From positions 10,852 to 74,851 of the forward strand of contig CACPJY010000006.1 in the NCBI GenBank assembly GCA_902634405.1: a stretch of DNA of 64,000 nucleotides, written 5' to 3'. This document shows, one piece after another, positions 39,249-48,673 of the stretch. Both the position numbers and the translations under genes were made by a program. A model generated the notes under the pieces. It was not told the origin of the DNA and searched no databases. It saw only the letters and a list, made by a program, of their open reading frames with translations. Every line of letters begins with the position of its first letter. The first letter of the stretch is position 1. This DNA is from an uncultured Synechococcaceae cyanobacterium. GTDB taxonomy: Bacteria > Cyanobacteriota > Cyanobacteriia > PCC-6307 > Cyanobiaceae.

Positions 39249-40283
39249 TCACTTAATATTCTCAAATGTTTTGATATTTAATTTGTAGTAATTCACATTT
39301 TTTATCTGTTGTATTAACGAATTTCCTTCACAACTTTTCTTGCCCTCTAGTTTAGCTCTTCTTATACCTATATAACCCTCACCACATTTTACTAATAATC
39401 CATTAGTTGAGTCAGCAAGGATTATTTCACCTGCAGTAGCAGAAATAATATTATCATGCTTAAACACAATCTTCTTACTTGATTCAAGTGAATCTTTAAG
39501 GGAATTAAATGGAATTGATAATTCAATTTTAATTCTTATGTGTTTTATCAATGTAAAAGCATTTGGATAGAGAGCCATTATTTTCCTGTGAATATCAAAA
39601 CATGAGTTATTCCAATCTATTAGTAATTCTTGTTTTGATATCATATTTGCATATGTTGGTTGAATTCGTAATTCATTCTGCTTTACTAGCTTAACAGTCT
39701 CATTACTATTATTATTTACTGAAGTATTCAATATTATTTCAAGTGCTTTCAAACTAAGATCAGCTGTTAATAAACTTAGTTTTCTACTAATATCTGTGAA
39801 ATTATCATATAATCCTATATTGATGGATTCTTGTATTAGGATTGGTCCAGTATCTAGCCCTTTTTCCATTTGCATAATACATACACCTGTGTTTCTTTCA
39901 CCTCCCATTATTGCTCTTTGTATTGGTGCAGCACCCCTCCATCTTGGTAGTAATGATGCATGACCATTCCAGGAGCCATGTTTTGGAATATTTAGTACAT
40001 TTGTAGGGAGAATTTGTCCAAATGCAACCACTATAAAAATATCTGGTTTTATCTCGGTTAAATAGTTCTGAAGTTCTATATCATCAGAAATAGACTGGGT
40101 AGTGCGTACATAAAGTCCTAATTCCTCTGATCTTTTTTTAACTGGTGTAGGTAGGTATTTACTCCCTCTCTTCCTTTTTTTGTCTATCTGAGAAATTACA
40201 GCAATTATCTTATGCTCTGAGGAGTTAATTGCTTCTAATGCCGGGACTGAGAATTCAGGACTGCCCCAGAAAACTATTTTCAT
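39249..40283 (-). CDS. fmt: methionyl-tRNA formyltransferase
   Basis: MKIVFWGSPEFSVP, HASLLPRWRGAAPIQRAI and GVCIMQMEKGLDTGPIL. Confidence 0.9.
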   Translation of the reverse strand: MKIVFWGSPEFSVPALEAINSSEHKIIAVISQIDKKRKRGSKYLPTPVKKRSEELGLYVRTTQSISDDIELQNYLTEIKPDIFIVVAFGQILPTNVLNIPKHGSWNGHASLLPRWRGAAPIQRAIMGGERNTGVCIMQMEKGLDTGPILIQESINIGLYDNFTDISRKLSLLTADLSLKALEIILNTSVNNNSNETVKLVKQNELRIQPTYANMISKQELLIDWNNSCFDIHRKIMALYPNAFTLIKHIRIKIELSIPFNSLKDSLESSKKIVFKHDNIISATAGEIILADSTNGLLVKCGEGYIGIRRAKLEGKKSCEGNSLIQQIKNVNYYKLNIKTFENIK

Positions 40284-41680
40284 GCTTCTCCGGTAACTGA
40301 TAGCCCCTCAACCCATACGTAAGGTGAAATGCCATGTGATGTTGCTACTTCTGTTTTTTCTATAGAAATAATGTTATTTAGTAATGATTTAATATCTCCA
40401 GCAACCGTAGCAGATTCAACAGATACTCGTTCTCCACCATTTACAACCCAACCATCAAATGGAAGTGAAAATGAACCTTGTGAGGGTTTTACGCCTGCAT
40501 GTAATGCGTTTAGTGAATCAATGAGAATAAATTTAGATGTGTAAGAAAGATGATTTAATGTTGATTCATCATTTGAACCGGAGGCTGATACATGAAACCA
40601 ATCTGGGCCTACCGAAGCTTTTACACCCATTCCAGCATGACCGGTTGGTCTTGCATTGAATTTTCGTGCTGTAAATTCTGAATGTAAAAAGTTTTTCAGC
40701 ACACCAGCTTCTATAAGACATAAATCTTGTGTAGGAGTACCTTCACCATCAAAGCTGCTTGCCATAATATTTGAAGGGTGTAATCCATTATCATGAAGTG
40801 TAAGCATAGGTGACGATATTTTTTCACCTATAGATTCTCTAGTACTTAGACTAATACCATCTATTACTGACCTTGCGTTAAATAAATTACTAAATGATCC
40901 TAAAAGGTCAAGAAATGATTCAGGTGAAAAGCAGATTAGGTATTTGCCAGTAGATATTTTTTCATAATTTAGATGACTTATTGTTTTTATCGATGCTTCC
41001 TTTACACAACCTGTTATATCTAAATCTTGAAGTGCGGTACTTACTCTAAGTGCCCCTGCACTTCGTGGCTTTCTATTTTCTTGTTCTGTTCTGGCATAAA
41101 GATAGATAGATGCTTGACTTCGTTTCTGGAAACGTAATGATTCATCGCTATTAATATATACTCTTTCAGAAATGCCTTCAGAAAGTCCATTATAAGGGAC
41201 TGATTTTATTGCGGGGTGTGTTTCTATAAGTGATCGTTCTGTCGATTTTAGTAATTCTAATAAATAATTAATTCCATTTCCTGTTGAAAAGTTTCTATTA
41301 ACTAATGGAATATCTGATTTACATAATGGGGAAAAATCTGGTATTTCACTAATATTGCCATATTTGCTGGCTTTTAGTGCCTGAACAACAGCTTTTTCTA
41401 AGCCATCAGTTGTCAATATTGTTGAACTAGATATTCCTACAAGTCCATCACAATTCCAAACACGAATTGTTAACGAAGTTCGTTGTGCAGATTTCATTTG
41501 CCTGGGCTCTCCTAAATCCACTTGTACGGAGGAATCGTTTGATGAGGATGCACCTATATCCCATTTTTTAATGCCATGCTTTGTAGTTATTGAGACTAAT
41601 AATTCACGTAGTTTGTGTGGTTTCAAAAGATTATGATCTAGCTTTTCGTTAGGCATCGATTTGATCTTTTTATTCATCAT
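40280..41680 (-). CDS. pmbA: PmbA/TldE metalloprotease-modulator family protein
   Basis: It is a paralog of the adjacent TldD-like gene but lacks the HExxxH motif. 4-nt overlaps on both sides. Confidence 0.85.
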   Translation of the reverse strand: MMNKKIKSMPNEKLDHNLLKPHKLRELLVSITTKHGIKKWDIGASSSNDSSVQVDLGEPRQMKSAQRTSLTIRVWNCDGLVGISSSTILTTDGLEKAVVQALKASKYGNISEIPDFSPLCKSDIPLVNRNFSTGNGINYLLELLKSTERSLIETHPAIKSVPYNGLSEGISERVYINSDESLRFQKRSQASIYLYARTEQENRKPRSAGALRVSTALQDLDITGCVKEASIKTISHLNYEKISTGKYLICFSPESFLDLLGSFSNLFNARSVIDGISLSTRESIGEKISSPMLTLHDNGLHPSNIMASSFDGEGTPTQDLCLIEAGVLKNFLHSEFTARKFNARPTGHAGMGVKASVGPDWFHVSASGSNDESTLNHLSYTSKFILIDSLNALHAGVKPSQGSFSLPFDGWVVNGGERVSVESATVAGDIKSLLNNIISIEKTEVATSHGISPYVWVEGLSVTGEA

Positions 41681-43167
41681 CTACCCCCTACTGTAATGGA
41701 ATCAACTTTAATATGGGGTTGACCAACAGTTACATTAATGTTTCCACTAACTGAGCCACAATATCCTGGAGCAAGATCAAGATCGTTTGCACACATTGAT
41801 ATACGTGGCAATATTTCCTTTGCCTCTCCAATTAGTGTTGCTCCTTTTAGAGGTTTTGAAAGTTTTCCATTTTCAATTAGATATCCTTCTTCTACAGAAA
41901 AGTTAAATTGCCCTGTTGCACCAACACTACCCCCGCCCATTGATTTGCAATATAATCCATTATCTATTGATGATATGAGCTGATCAGGTGTGTGCGGACC
42001 CGCATCAATATAAGTATTTCTCATTCTGCTAGCTGCAGCAAATGAGTGACTTTGGCGTCTCCCACTACCTGTTCGTGGATGGCCGGTCCGTATTTCACCA
42101 GCTCTATCACTGATGAATTGTTTTAGTACACCTTCTTGTATAAGAACAGTTTTTTGAGTTTTCATTCCTTCATCATCAATAGATAAGGATCCGAAAGCTC
42201 CATCTGTGATTCCTTCGTCAATAGCTGTAATCGAAGAGTTTGCTATTTTTTCGTTAAGTTTATCTAGAAAGGGTGTAGTTCCACGTTCTATCTGAGTAGT
42301 TTCCAAAAGGTGACCGCAGGCTTCGTGAAAGATTACGCCACCAAACTTATTTGCCAAAACAACAGGTTTTTGACCTGCATCAACAAAATCTGCATAAAGC
42401 ATTTTACCGGCACTATGACAAACTTCTTGAGCCGATTCCTCAATATTCCATTCTCTAATTTGATTAGGTTTCCCAGCGGTACCATATCTTCTTCCTATAG
42501 AGGAACGATGTGACCCATCTGCACAAAGTATATTTAAACCAGCTGATTGGGTTAGTCGGACATCATGAGCAAATGTTCCGTCACTAGCTGCTATTAAAAT
42601 CTCCTGCAAGTTCCTTGTGTAACTAGCTCGTCTAACTTGTATGGACGAGCCTATTTTGTTTAAAAGATCTGTACCTTTTAGTAATGTGAAACTTGCTTCA
42701 TTGAGATCAGGTGAAAGGTTGAGTAAGTTATCTGATTTGATGCCTGTATCATATAGTTTGTTAAGTCCGGTGAAGTTCAATCTGGATGCTGTATTTATAT
42801 CGAGACCTAGCATCTCAATAGCCTTATAAATAGAATCTTTTAGGCCCGAAAAACTTAAATCATTTGTACTTACAAATACATCTTTTTTACCAAGAAAGAT
42901 TCGTATTCCAGCTCCTAAAGTAAACGAGGGGTTAACACTTGTGATTGTATCTTGTTCTGCAAGAACGCCTAAATTGTCAGTTTTCTCAATGAATATTTCA
43001 ATTAAATCAGCACCGCAACTAATTCCATGGTCAATTAGCTGGTTGAGAATAGGACGCCAATAACTTTCTATAGATCCTTTGTCTATGGCTGAGTTGTGTG
43101 TTTGTGAGGTCAAGGTTAGATTAATGAATTTGTTAATAAAGAAAATAGAGATTTTATCCAAAATCAA
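41677..43167 (-). CDS. tldD: TldD metalloprotease
   Basis: GGVIFHEACGHLLE (HExxxH) and the C-terminal GYCGSVSG...VGG pattern of TldD. Confidence 0.9.
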   Translation of the reverse strand: MILDKISIFFINKFINLTLTSQTHNSAIDKGSIESYWRPILNQLIDHGISCGADLIEIFIEKTDNLGVLAEQDTITSVNPSFTLGAGIRIFLGKKDVFVSTNDLSFSGLKDSIYKAIEMLGLDINTASRLNFTGLNKLYDTGIKSDNLLNLSPDLNEASFTLLKGTDLLNKIGSSIQVRRASYTRNLQEILIAASDGTFAHDVRLTQSAGLNILCADGSHRSSIGRRYGTAGKPNQIREWNIEESAQEVCHSAGKMLYADFVDAGQKPVVLANKFGGVIFHEACGHLLETTQIERGTTPFLDKLNEKIANSSITAIDEGITDGAFGSLSIDDEGMKTQKTVLIQEGVLKQFISDRAGEIRTGHPRTGSGRRQSHSFAAASRMRNTYIDAGPHTPDQLISSIDNGLYCKSMGGGSVGATGQFNFSVEEGYLIENGKLSKPLKGATLIGEAKEILPRISMCANDLDLAPGYCGSVSGNINVTVGQPHIKVDSITVGGR

Positions 43168-43233
43168 TGTATTTTCGATATGTCATAGATGCATGATATC
43201 GAAAAGTACTAATTCTTCTTTGAAATTTGGATT

Positions 43234-43692
43234 TTAGTTTTCTCCTAGCCACTTTTGACCATTTAGCCTTTGTAAGGTTCTAGACAAAAGAAGAGCCTTT
43301 GTGGTTTTTCTTTCATCGATTAAGAATGATTCTAGCAAGCTTGGGTCACTCCCGGGCTCAGCAAGAGCTATTGTCTTTGTTGAATTGATCTTGTTTTGTG
43401 AAAAACTAAGCCATAACCTTCTTCCGCTAGGAAATTCAAGAAATATTGAAGAGCAAATTCCTCCTACTACTGGCCTTTCAGTCTCTATTAATTTAAGTGT
43501 TTTAGGTGGATGGCCTTTATCTGTGAGAGATGATAGTAGTGATGGCAGGAACTCCTCGTCTATAAATTCCCTAAATGGCTTGTCTTCGGGCTTTTTTGGT
43601 TTTTGGGATTCAGGAGGCAGGCTTTTGTCTCCCTTTTGCACACTATCTAATTGACCAGGTAATGAGTCTTTGCTCTCATTTGCATTTGCCAC
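43234..43692 (-). CDS. hypothetical protein
   Basis: 152-aa ORF with a Lys/Pro/Glu-rich N-terminus followed by a globular part. I preferred it over the antisense ORF at 43301..43654 on composition. Confidence 0.55.
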   Translation of the reverse strand: MANANESKDSLPGQLDSVQKGDKSLPPESQKPKKPEDKPFREFIDEEFLPSLLSSLTDKGHPPKTLKLIETERPVVGGICSSIFLEFPSGRRLWLSFSQNKINSTKTIALAEPGSDPSLLESFLIDERKTTKALLLSRTLQRLNGQKWLGEN

Positions 43693-43755
43693 AATTCTTC
43701 AATTTAAATGTATGTTCTTTACCCTAAGTTAATTTGAGATATTTTGCAAAGACTA

Positions 43756-44301
43756 TTACCAGTCATCCTCAAGTTGCTGATCCCAATCATTAACTAGATC
43801 TGAGTTATCAGAAACTCTCTTTGGTTCATCTGGTAAATCAATGTTTTCAATTTCTTCTGAACTGTATTCGTCTATAAAATTTGAAGATGAATAATTATAC
43901 TTGTCATTTGAGTTGTTTAGAACTTTCCATGGAACAGATATTGTAGGTGCAGGATCTCTTAGATCTCTTACAGGGGGAACTAGTGATTCATTACTTGACT
44001 TACTTTCTGAGAAGTCAGGAATATCTGTTGGTTTGTGAATTTCATTATAATTGTCTAAATTTAATTTACTATTATTATTTTGTCGGTACATAAGAGAACT
44101 AGAATTAATAGCAAATGTACTTGAGAATAATATACCTACAGAACCACCTAGTGCTATCCAGTGTCCAATAGCTAATTGAGGAGTATTCCAAATAAGTATT
44201 TTTAATTTAACAGGTTGGTTTAAATTTTGGAGAGAAATTATCGCTATTAGAATTAACGGAGAAAGAGAGAATGTTAGAAGAAGTAAATTAAAGCGTTTCA
44301 C
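43756..44301 (-). CDS. hypothetical membrane protein
   Basis: Two N-terminal hydrophobic helices and an acidic tail. 4-nt overlap with the upstream ubiX stop. Confidence 0.5.
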   Translation of the reverse strand: MKRFNLLLLTFSLSPLILIAIISLQNLNQPVKLKILIWNTPQLAIGHWIALGGSVGILFSSTFAINSSSLMYRQNNNSKLNLDNYNEIHKPTDIPDFSESKSSNESLVPPVRDLRDPAPTISVPWKVLNNSNDKYNYSSSNFIDEYSSEEIENIDLPDEPKRVSDNSDLVNDWDQQLEDDW

Positions 44302-44915
44302 TGGATTGGTCCTTCCCAGCGATTTATAGAGGCAAGAGATATACCAAGTGCATCAAAAACTCTTACGACGATAAAATCAACCAAATCGTCTATATTTTTG
44401 GGTTGAGAATACCAAGCTGGAGAAGGAGGTGAGATAGTTGCTCCTGCTTCTGCTAAACGGGTTAAATTTCTTAGATGAATAAGACTCCAAGGCATTTCTC
44501 TAGGGCATATTATTATCTTGCGGGATTCTTTTAGATGTACATCTGCTGTTCTTTCAATTAAGTCGTGAGATGTACCAGAAGCAATTCTTCCTACTGTACC
44601 CATAGAGCAAGGTAGTATTACCATTCCCATTGTATGAAAACTACCACTAGCTATACTTGCTGAGTGATCGTTCCAGCGGTAGCAATGTAGATTTCCATTT
44701 TGTACATTTAGTCGATTTCGCCAGAATTCAGCTTGACAGATAGGGTCTAATGGAACCTTTATACCAAGCTCTGATTTCCAAACTTCATATGAACCCTTAG
44801 TCAATATAAGATGAACATTGCAGTTGTTTTTGAGGAGCATAAGCAAGGCTCTCTCACCGAGCACTTGAGCAGAAGCTCCAGAGATCCCTAGAACAATCGG
44901 TGTATTATTATTCAT
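44298..44915 (-). CDS. ubiX: flavin prenyltransferase UbiX
   Basis: IVLGISGASAQVLGERAL at the N-terminus, VILPCSMGTVGRIASGTSHDLIERTADV and PREMPWSLIHLRNL. Confidence 0.85.
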   Translation of the reverse strand: MNNNTPIVLGISGASAQVLGERALLMLLKNNCNVHLILTKGSYEVWKSELGIKVPLDPICQAEFWRNRLNVQNGNLHCYRWNDHSASIASGSFHTMGMVILPCSMGTVGRIASGTSHDLIERTADVHLKESRKIIICPREMPWSLIHLRNLTRLAEAGATISPPSPAWYSQPKNIDDLVDFIVVRVFDALGISLASINRWEGPIQ

Positions 44916-44925
44916 TTACCGATAC

Positions 44926-47229
44926 CTACGATAGATTTTCAGTTCTTTGTGAAGTCACTTCAGTCAACTCTCCTGGCTCTAAAAGTTCTAAGTCAACTTG
45001 ACTTCTTATAAGATCTACCTTGACAACCTTTAGCTGAACTTTATCTCCTAATTGATAAGATTTTTTACTCTTTCTACCAACTAATTTGTTTTGTCTAGAT
45101 CGATATTCATACCAATCGTCATTCAATGAGCTGACATGGACAAGACCCTCAACACTAGAATCAACGAGCTCTACAAAAAAACCATAACTCTGTACACCTG
45201 TGATAAATCCAGAAGATGGTAATCCTATTAGTTTTTCCGCAGATCTAGATTGATTGAATGAAATAATATCTTTACGGAGGCTCCTTGCCTGCCTTCGTTT
45301 GTTGTTTACATGCTTGAGAATACTATGATGTGTTATTTTCTCTAGTGTTTCATAAGATTGTTTAGAAAATATATCCCAATTTATATCATTAGATTTTAGC
45401 ATACTTCCAAGTTCAATTTTCGATTTTGATCTAGTTGTAGAGGATGATTTACCTTCTGTTAGGAGCATGTTTATCAGGAACTGATTTAGAATATCAGAAT
45501 AGTGCTGCGATGGAGATGTCCATGGAGCATGAGAGTCGTTGTAAGAATTAGCTAGTAATGATGGTGAATCACTTGATGTTTTATCGTGGGAAGTTGGTTT
45601 GTGTATGTATAGCTGTGAATCCTTAAAGCAGTGCACAAATTGCTTTTCTAATATCCTTCTATGTGGTGATTGATTTATAGCATGAGATAACTCATGAGGT
45701 GTTATGTTGCCTTTATCATTAAGTACTAGCGGCAGATTTAGTGAAACTGTAGATTTCACTAATTCGTTAAATGTGTTTTCGTCAATGTCATTTTTATTAT
45801 AACAATAAGTTGGAATCTTTAGGGATTTAGAATGTTGAAACCATATTCTATGTGCAGTTCTGAGTATTGGTGCAAGGAGTGAATTGGCATCTAGACTATT
45901 AAGAGGTTGTATCCACTTATAAAGTGTTGTAGACGGATCTTCGTAATCTAAATCCCCTAAATTATTAGTTGTAGCTGAATTAACGTTTAATGGAATAGAA
46001 TTAGAATCTATTTCATTTTTGTAAATTGTATCTGAAGCAAAAAGAAGTGTTTGTAACTGAGATATATAATCTTTTATACCCTTTAATTTTACTGGAACTG
46101 TTTTACTAGTGGGTTTTCTCTTTGCTAATGATAACAAATGATCATTTGTTATTAAGGCTTTTGGTTTTATTTTTGAATATTGAAAGCACCAATCACTTAC
46201 TTCTCCATTGTTATTAATATCTAAAGATAGGCTAATAGCGTCTGATGTCTTATCTATCGAAAATGATACTGCTTCGAAAAGTGTTTCGGTAAGTAAGTTA
46301 ATCCACTTAGAACCCAAGCAATGAGCTTCACAACGGTTCCTCATCCAAAGATCAAGATTACTAGAGAGTGTGAAACGACTAGCTACATCAATTGCATGTA
46401 TCCATATTCTCACACCTCCTTGATGTGGTAATACATTAATGGCAGGAAGTTGAGGTGCATTAGGACCAGTCCAACTAGTCAATAGCATTGTAGGCTGATC
46501 AGTTAAATCTAGTCTTGATTTGGCTTTTGCTTCTTTTATGGAAACTTTAGGTTCACGAGGTAATTCATGTAGATCTGATTTAGTTAGTATTAAATCTAGA
46601 TCATTTTCTGGTTTACCATCTAATTGTAATTTACGTTGAACATGGCCTTCGGCTGAATATTGTGCAATTGGGAATTTATCTATCTTAACCTCATAAATAG
46701 ACTTTTCATGTTCCTGCGAATAATAAATATTATCTTTTTCAGGAAGATTTACTGTGGTAAGGACACGATCATCTAGTGGAACTGCGATCAATTGATCACC
46801 TTGTTTTTGTATATTAGCTAGGAAATTAGTACGTGATCTTTCTAGAATACATTGTACAGCTCCTTCTGGAGATCTTCTTCGAACTCCTTCTCGTGTAACC
46901 TTTACGAGTACCTTATCTCCATTTAATGAATGGTTTAAATTATGATCTCTAATATAAATATCATCCTCTCCATCCTCTCTCATAGCAAAACAATATCCCT
47001 TACTGCTGCATCGAAGCCTTGCTTCTATAAAAGTAGGGTCGTCAGATCTTGATACATCTCCATCTTCATTTAAATGAATAATTCCAATCGCTGATAGGCC
47101 TTCTATAGCATGAGTGAGTAACTGACGCTCTGACTTCTTTGTAAGTTTCATCATCCTTTCCAGTTTCTTAACTTCTAGAGATTGATTCTTAGGTATTGAT
47201 TCAAGAATTGAATTAACAGAGAATTTCAT
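44926..47229 (-). CDS. RNase II/R-family (RNB) protein with a C-terminal S1 domain and apparently degenerate catalytic motifs
   Basis: Cold-shock-like N-terminal domains (KGYCFAMRE...GDKVLVKV), an RNB core (IWIHAIDVASRF) and a canonical S1 domain (GFITGVQSYGFFVELV...GLVHVSSL). Motif I reads TGPNAPQLPAIN and motif IV reads WTSPSQHYSDI. Confidence 0.8.
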   Translation of the reverse strand: MKFSVNSILESIPKNQSLEVKKLERMMKLTKKSERQLLTHAIEGLSAIGIIHLNEDGDVSRSDDPTFIEARLRCSSKGYCFAMREDGEDDIYIRDHNLNHSLNGDKVLVKVTREGVRRRSPEGAVQCILERSRTNFLANIQKQGDQLIAVPLDDRVLTTVNLPEKDNIYYSQEHEKSIYEVKIDKFPIAQYSAEGHVQRKLQLDGKPENDLDLILTKSDLHELPREPKVSIKEAKAKSRLDLTDQPTMLLTSWTGPNAPQLPAINVLPHQGGVRIWIHAIDVASRFTLSSNLDLWMRNRCEAHCLGSKWINLLTETLFEAVSFSIDKTSDAISLSLDINNNGEVSDWCFQYSKIKPKALITNDHLLSLAKRKPTSKTVPVKLKGIKDYISQLQTLLFASDTIYKNEIDSNSIPLNVNSATTNNLGDLDYEDPSTTLYKWIQPLNSLDANSLLAPILRTAHRIWFQHSKSLKIPTYCYNKNDIDENTFNELVKSTVSLNLPLVLNDKGNITPHELSHAINQSPHRRILEKQFVHCFKDSQLYIHKPTSHDKTSSDSPSLLANSYNDSHAPWTSPSQHYSDILNQFLINMLLTEGKSSSTTRSKSKIELGSMLKSNDINWDIFSKQSYETLEKITHHSILKHVNNKRRQARSLRKDIISFNQSRSAEKLIGLPSSGFITGVQSYGFFVELVDSSVEGLVHVSSLNDDWYEYRSRQNKLVGRKSKKSYQLGDKVQLKVVKVDLIRSQVDLELLEPGELTEVTSQRTENLS

Positions 47230-47305
47230 AATACTGATGTAGGGTTTTAGGGGGTGATTAAAGGTTGCAAGTATTATTTAGATAGAGGTTTGAATTGACT
47301 AAATT

Positions 47306-47641
47306 TTAATCGCTTTTGCTTGATTCTACTGATTTCGCTTGTCTTTTTAAGAAAGAGAGAAAAAGACTATCGATCACAGGCCAAACTAATTTTAAGCCGA
47401 TAACTAAGAATCCAACAGCAGCAATGAGTTTTAGGGTATTTTCTGGAATTATAGAAGATATTGATCCGCCTGCTAAGGCTCCGAGCAAACTGGCAAGAAC
47501 AAGAGCTGATGCTGAACCTATGAAAACTGCTAACGGCTTTTTAGAAGTACCACTTATAGCTACTGTTGCCAGCTGGGTCTTATCTCCAAGTTCAGCAAAG
47601 AAGACAGTTATGAAGGTAGAAATAAGTAATGGTGTAATCAC
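47306..47641 (-). CDS. UPF0016 (GDT1/TMEM165/Mnx-type) half-size membrane protein
   Basis: A single ELGDKTQLAT motif and three TM helices. 111 aa. Confidence 0.8.
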   Translation of the reverse strand: MITPLLISTFITVFFAELGDKTQLATVAISGTSKKPLAVFIGSASALVLASLLGALAGGSISSIIPENTLKLIAAVGFLVIGLKLVWPVIDSLFLSFLKRQAKSVESSKSD

Positions 47642-47655
47642 GATAGGTTCTTACA

Positions 47656-48015
47656 CTAACTAGAGAAATAAGAATGCGATACTTGAAACACAAGCCATCC
47701 GCTCAGAAATATCATCATAACTCCTGCTAACTGTTCAAATTTCTCTGCAGGCAAAATCGACGATAACCACTGCCCAACAAGTACACCTATAAGACTAGAT
47801 GCGATAAGAGCAATGGCAGCACCAGTGAAAACCACTAATGGTTGTCCCGATTGAGCTGACAACAATAAAGTTGCTAATTGGGTTTTATCACCAATCTCAG
47901 CTATGAAGACGGTTGAAAATGTAGCTATAAGAATTGAGGCAAAACTCTTTTCTTCAATAAAGGAAGCATTTTTTGTACTTTCTTTGATTGTTGCTTTCTT
48001 GAAGTTCATGATCAA
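47656..48015 (-). CDS. UPF0016 (GDT1/TMEM165/Mnx-type) half-size membrane protein
   Basis: A single EIGDKTQLAT motif and three TM helices. 119 aa. It is a paralog of the adjacent gene. Confidence 0.8.
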   Translation of the reverse strand: MIMNFKKATIKESTKNASFIEEKSFASILIATFSTVFIAEIGDKTQLATLLLSAQSGQPLVVFTGAAIALIASSLIGVLVGQWLSSILPAEKFEQLAGVMMIFLSGWLVFQVSHSYFSS

Positions 48016-48374
48016 GAATTATTTGACACAGACTTGTTAAAACGCCTCAAAACCTTACTTTTCCCTCCATATCTTGATCTTATTTGCTGACGGCAACAAC
48101 TGATCAGAAATGAGTCAAATTCCTCGTTAGGCACTTCAAAAAGAGTAGATAAAGTTAGGACATTACAAAAATCTGGTCTTTCGGCATAGATCTTGCAGCA
48201 CTGCTTGCCTGTGTCGTAGTAATTGCACCAGCCATTATTGTTAACCATTTGTAAATATATTTTCTTTTGTTCTGCACTCAAGGCTTCAATCGCCTCTGGT
48301 CTCTCTGCTGGCGACAATCTACAACAAGCTCCACACCCAGTTATACATTGCCATTTCTGCTTTCGTTTGCTCAT
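48012..48374 (-). CDS. YkgJ/UPF0153-type Cys-cluster (Zn/Fe-chelating) protein
   Basis: CITGCGACCR (CxxCxxCC) plus further Cys pairs. 4-nt overlap with the downstream UPF0016 gene. Confidence 0.65.
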   Translation of the reverse strand: MSKRKQKWQCITGCGACCRLSPAERPEAIEALSAEQKKIYLQMVNNNGWCNYYDTGKQCCKIYAERPDFCNVLTLSTLFEVPNEEFDSFLISCCRQQIRSRYGGKSKVLRRFNKSVSNNS

Positions 48375-48496
48375 ATCCTGTCGGTTAACGGGTTAGTCCA
48401 AATAAAGGGTTATACGAAAAAGTTTCGATACTGAACACAAGTATGATGGAATTGAGTCTACTTGTCTTAGACTCTTAAAAGAACAACAGAACTACC

Positions 48497-48583
48497 ATGG
48501 GTAACCTCCTTCCATTTGCCGTCATTGCCCTAGCTGGCCCTGCGATTATTGCATTGGTTTTCTACAGAACCGACTTGCGCTAA
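48497..48583 (+). CDS. possible Psb30/Ycf12-like single-helix peptide (28 aa, absent from the ORF track)
   Basis: Hand translation gives MGNLLPFAVIALAGPAIIALVFYRTDLR. The LAGPAIIALVF.R core resembles the AGPxII..L..R core I remember from Ycf12. The N-terminus is shorter than I expect. Confidence 0.4.
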   Translation: MGNLLPFAVIALAGPAIIALVFYRTDLR

Positions 48584-48673
48584 ATTAACGAGATATCAAA
48601 ATCACAATGGCTTAGATTTTCATGTCTGCAATGTTTTTCATTGCAGATTTTTTTATATATATTATTCATAAAT

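Noticed and set aside
43301-43654. 117-aa plus-strand ORF
   Set aside because: It is fully nested antisense to 43234..43692. The minus-strand product has a more protein-like composition and sits in a run of minus-strand genes. Neither can be proven without homology searches.
47316-47663. 115-aa plus-strand ORF
   Set aside because: It is antisense to the UPF0016 half-transporter, which carries an unambiguous ELGDKTQLAT motif.
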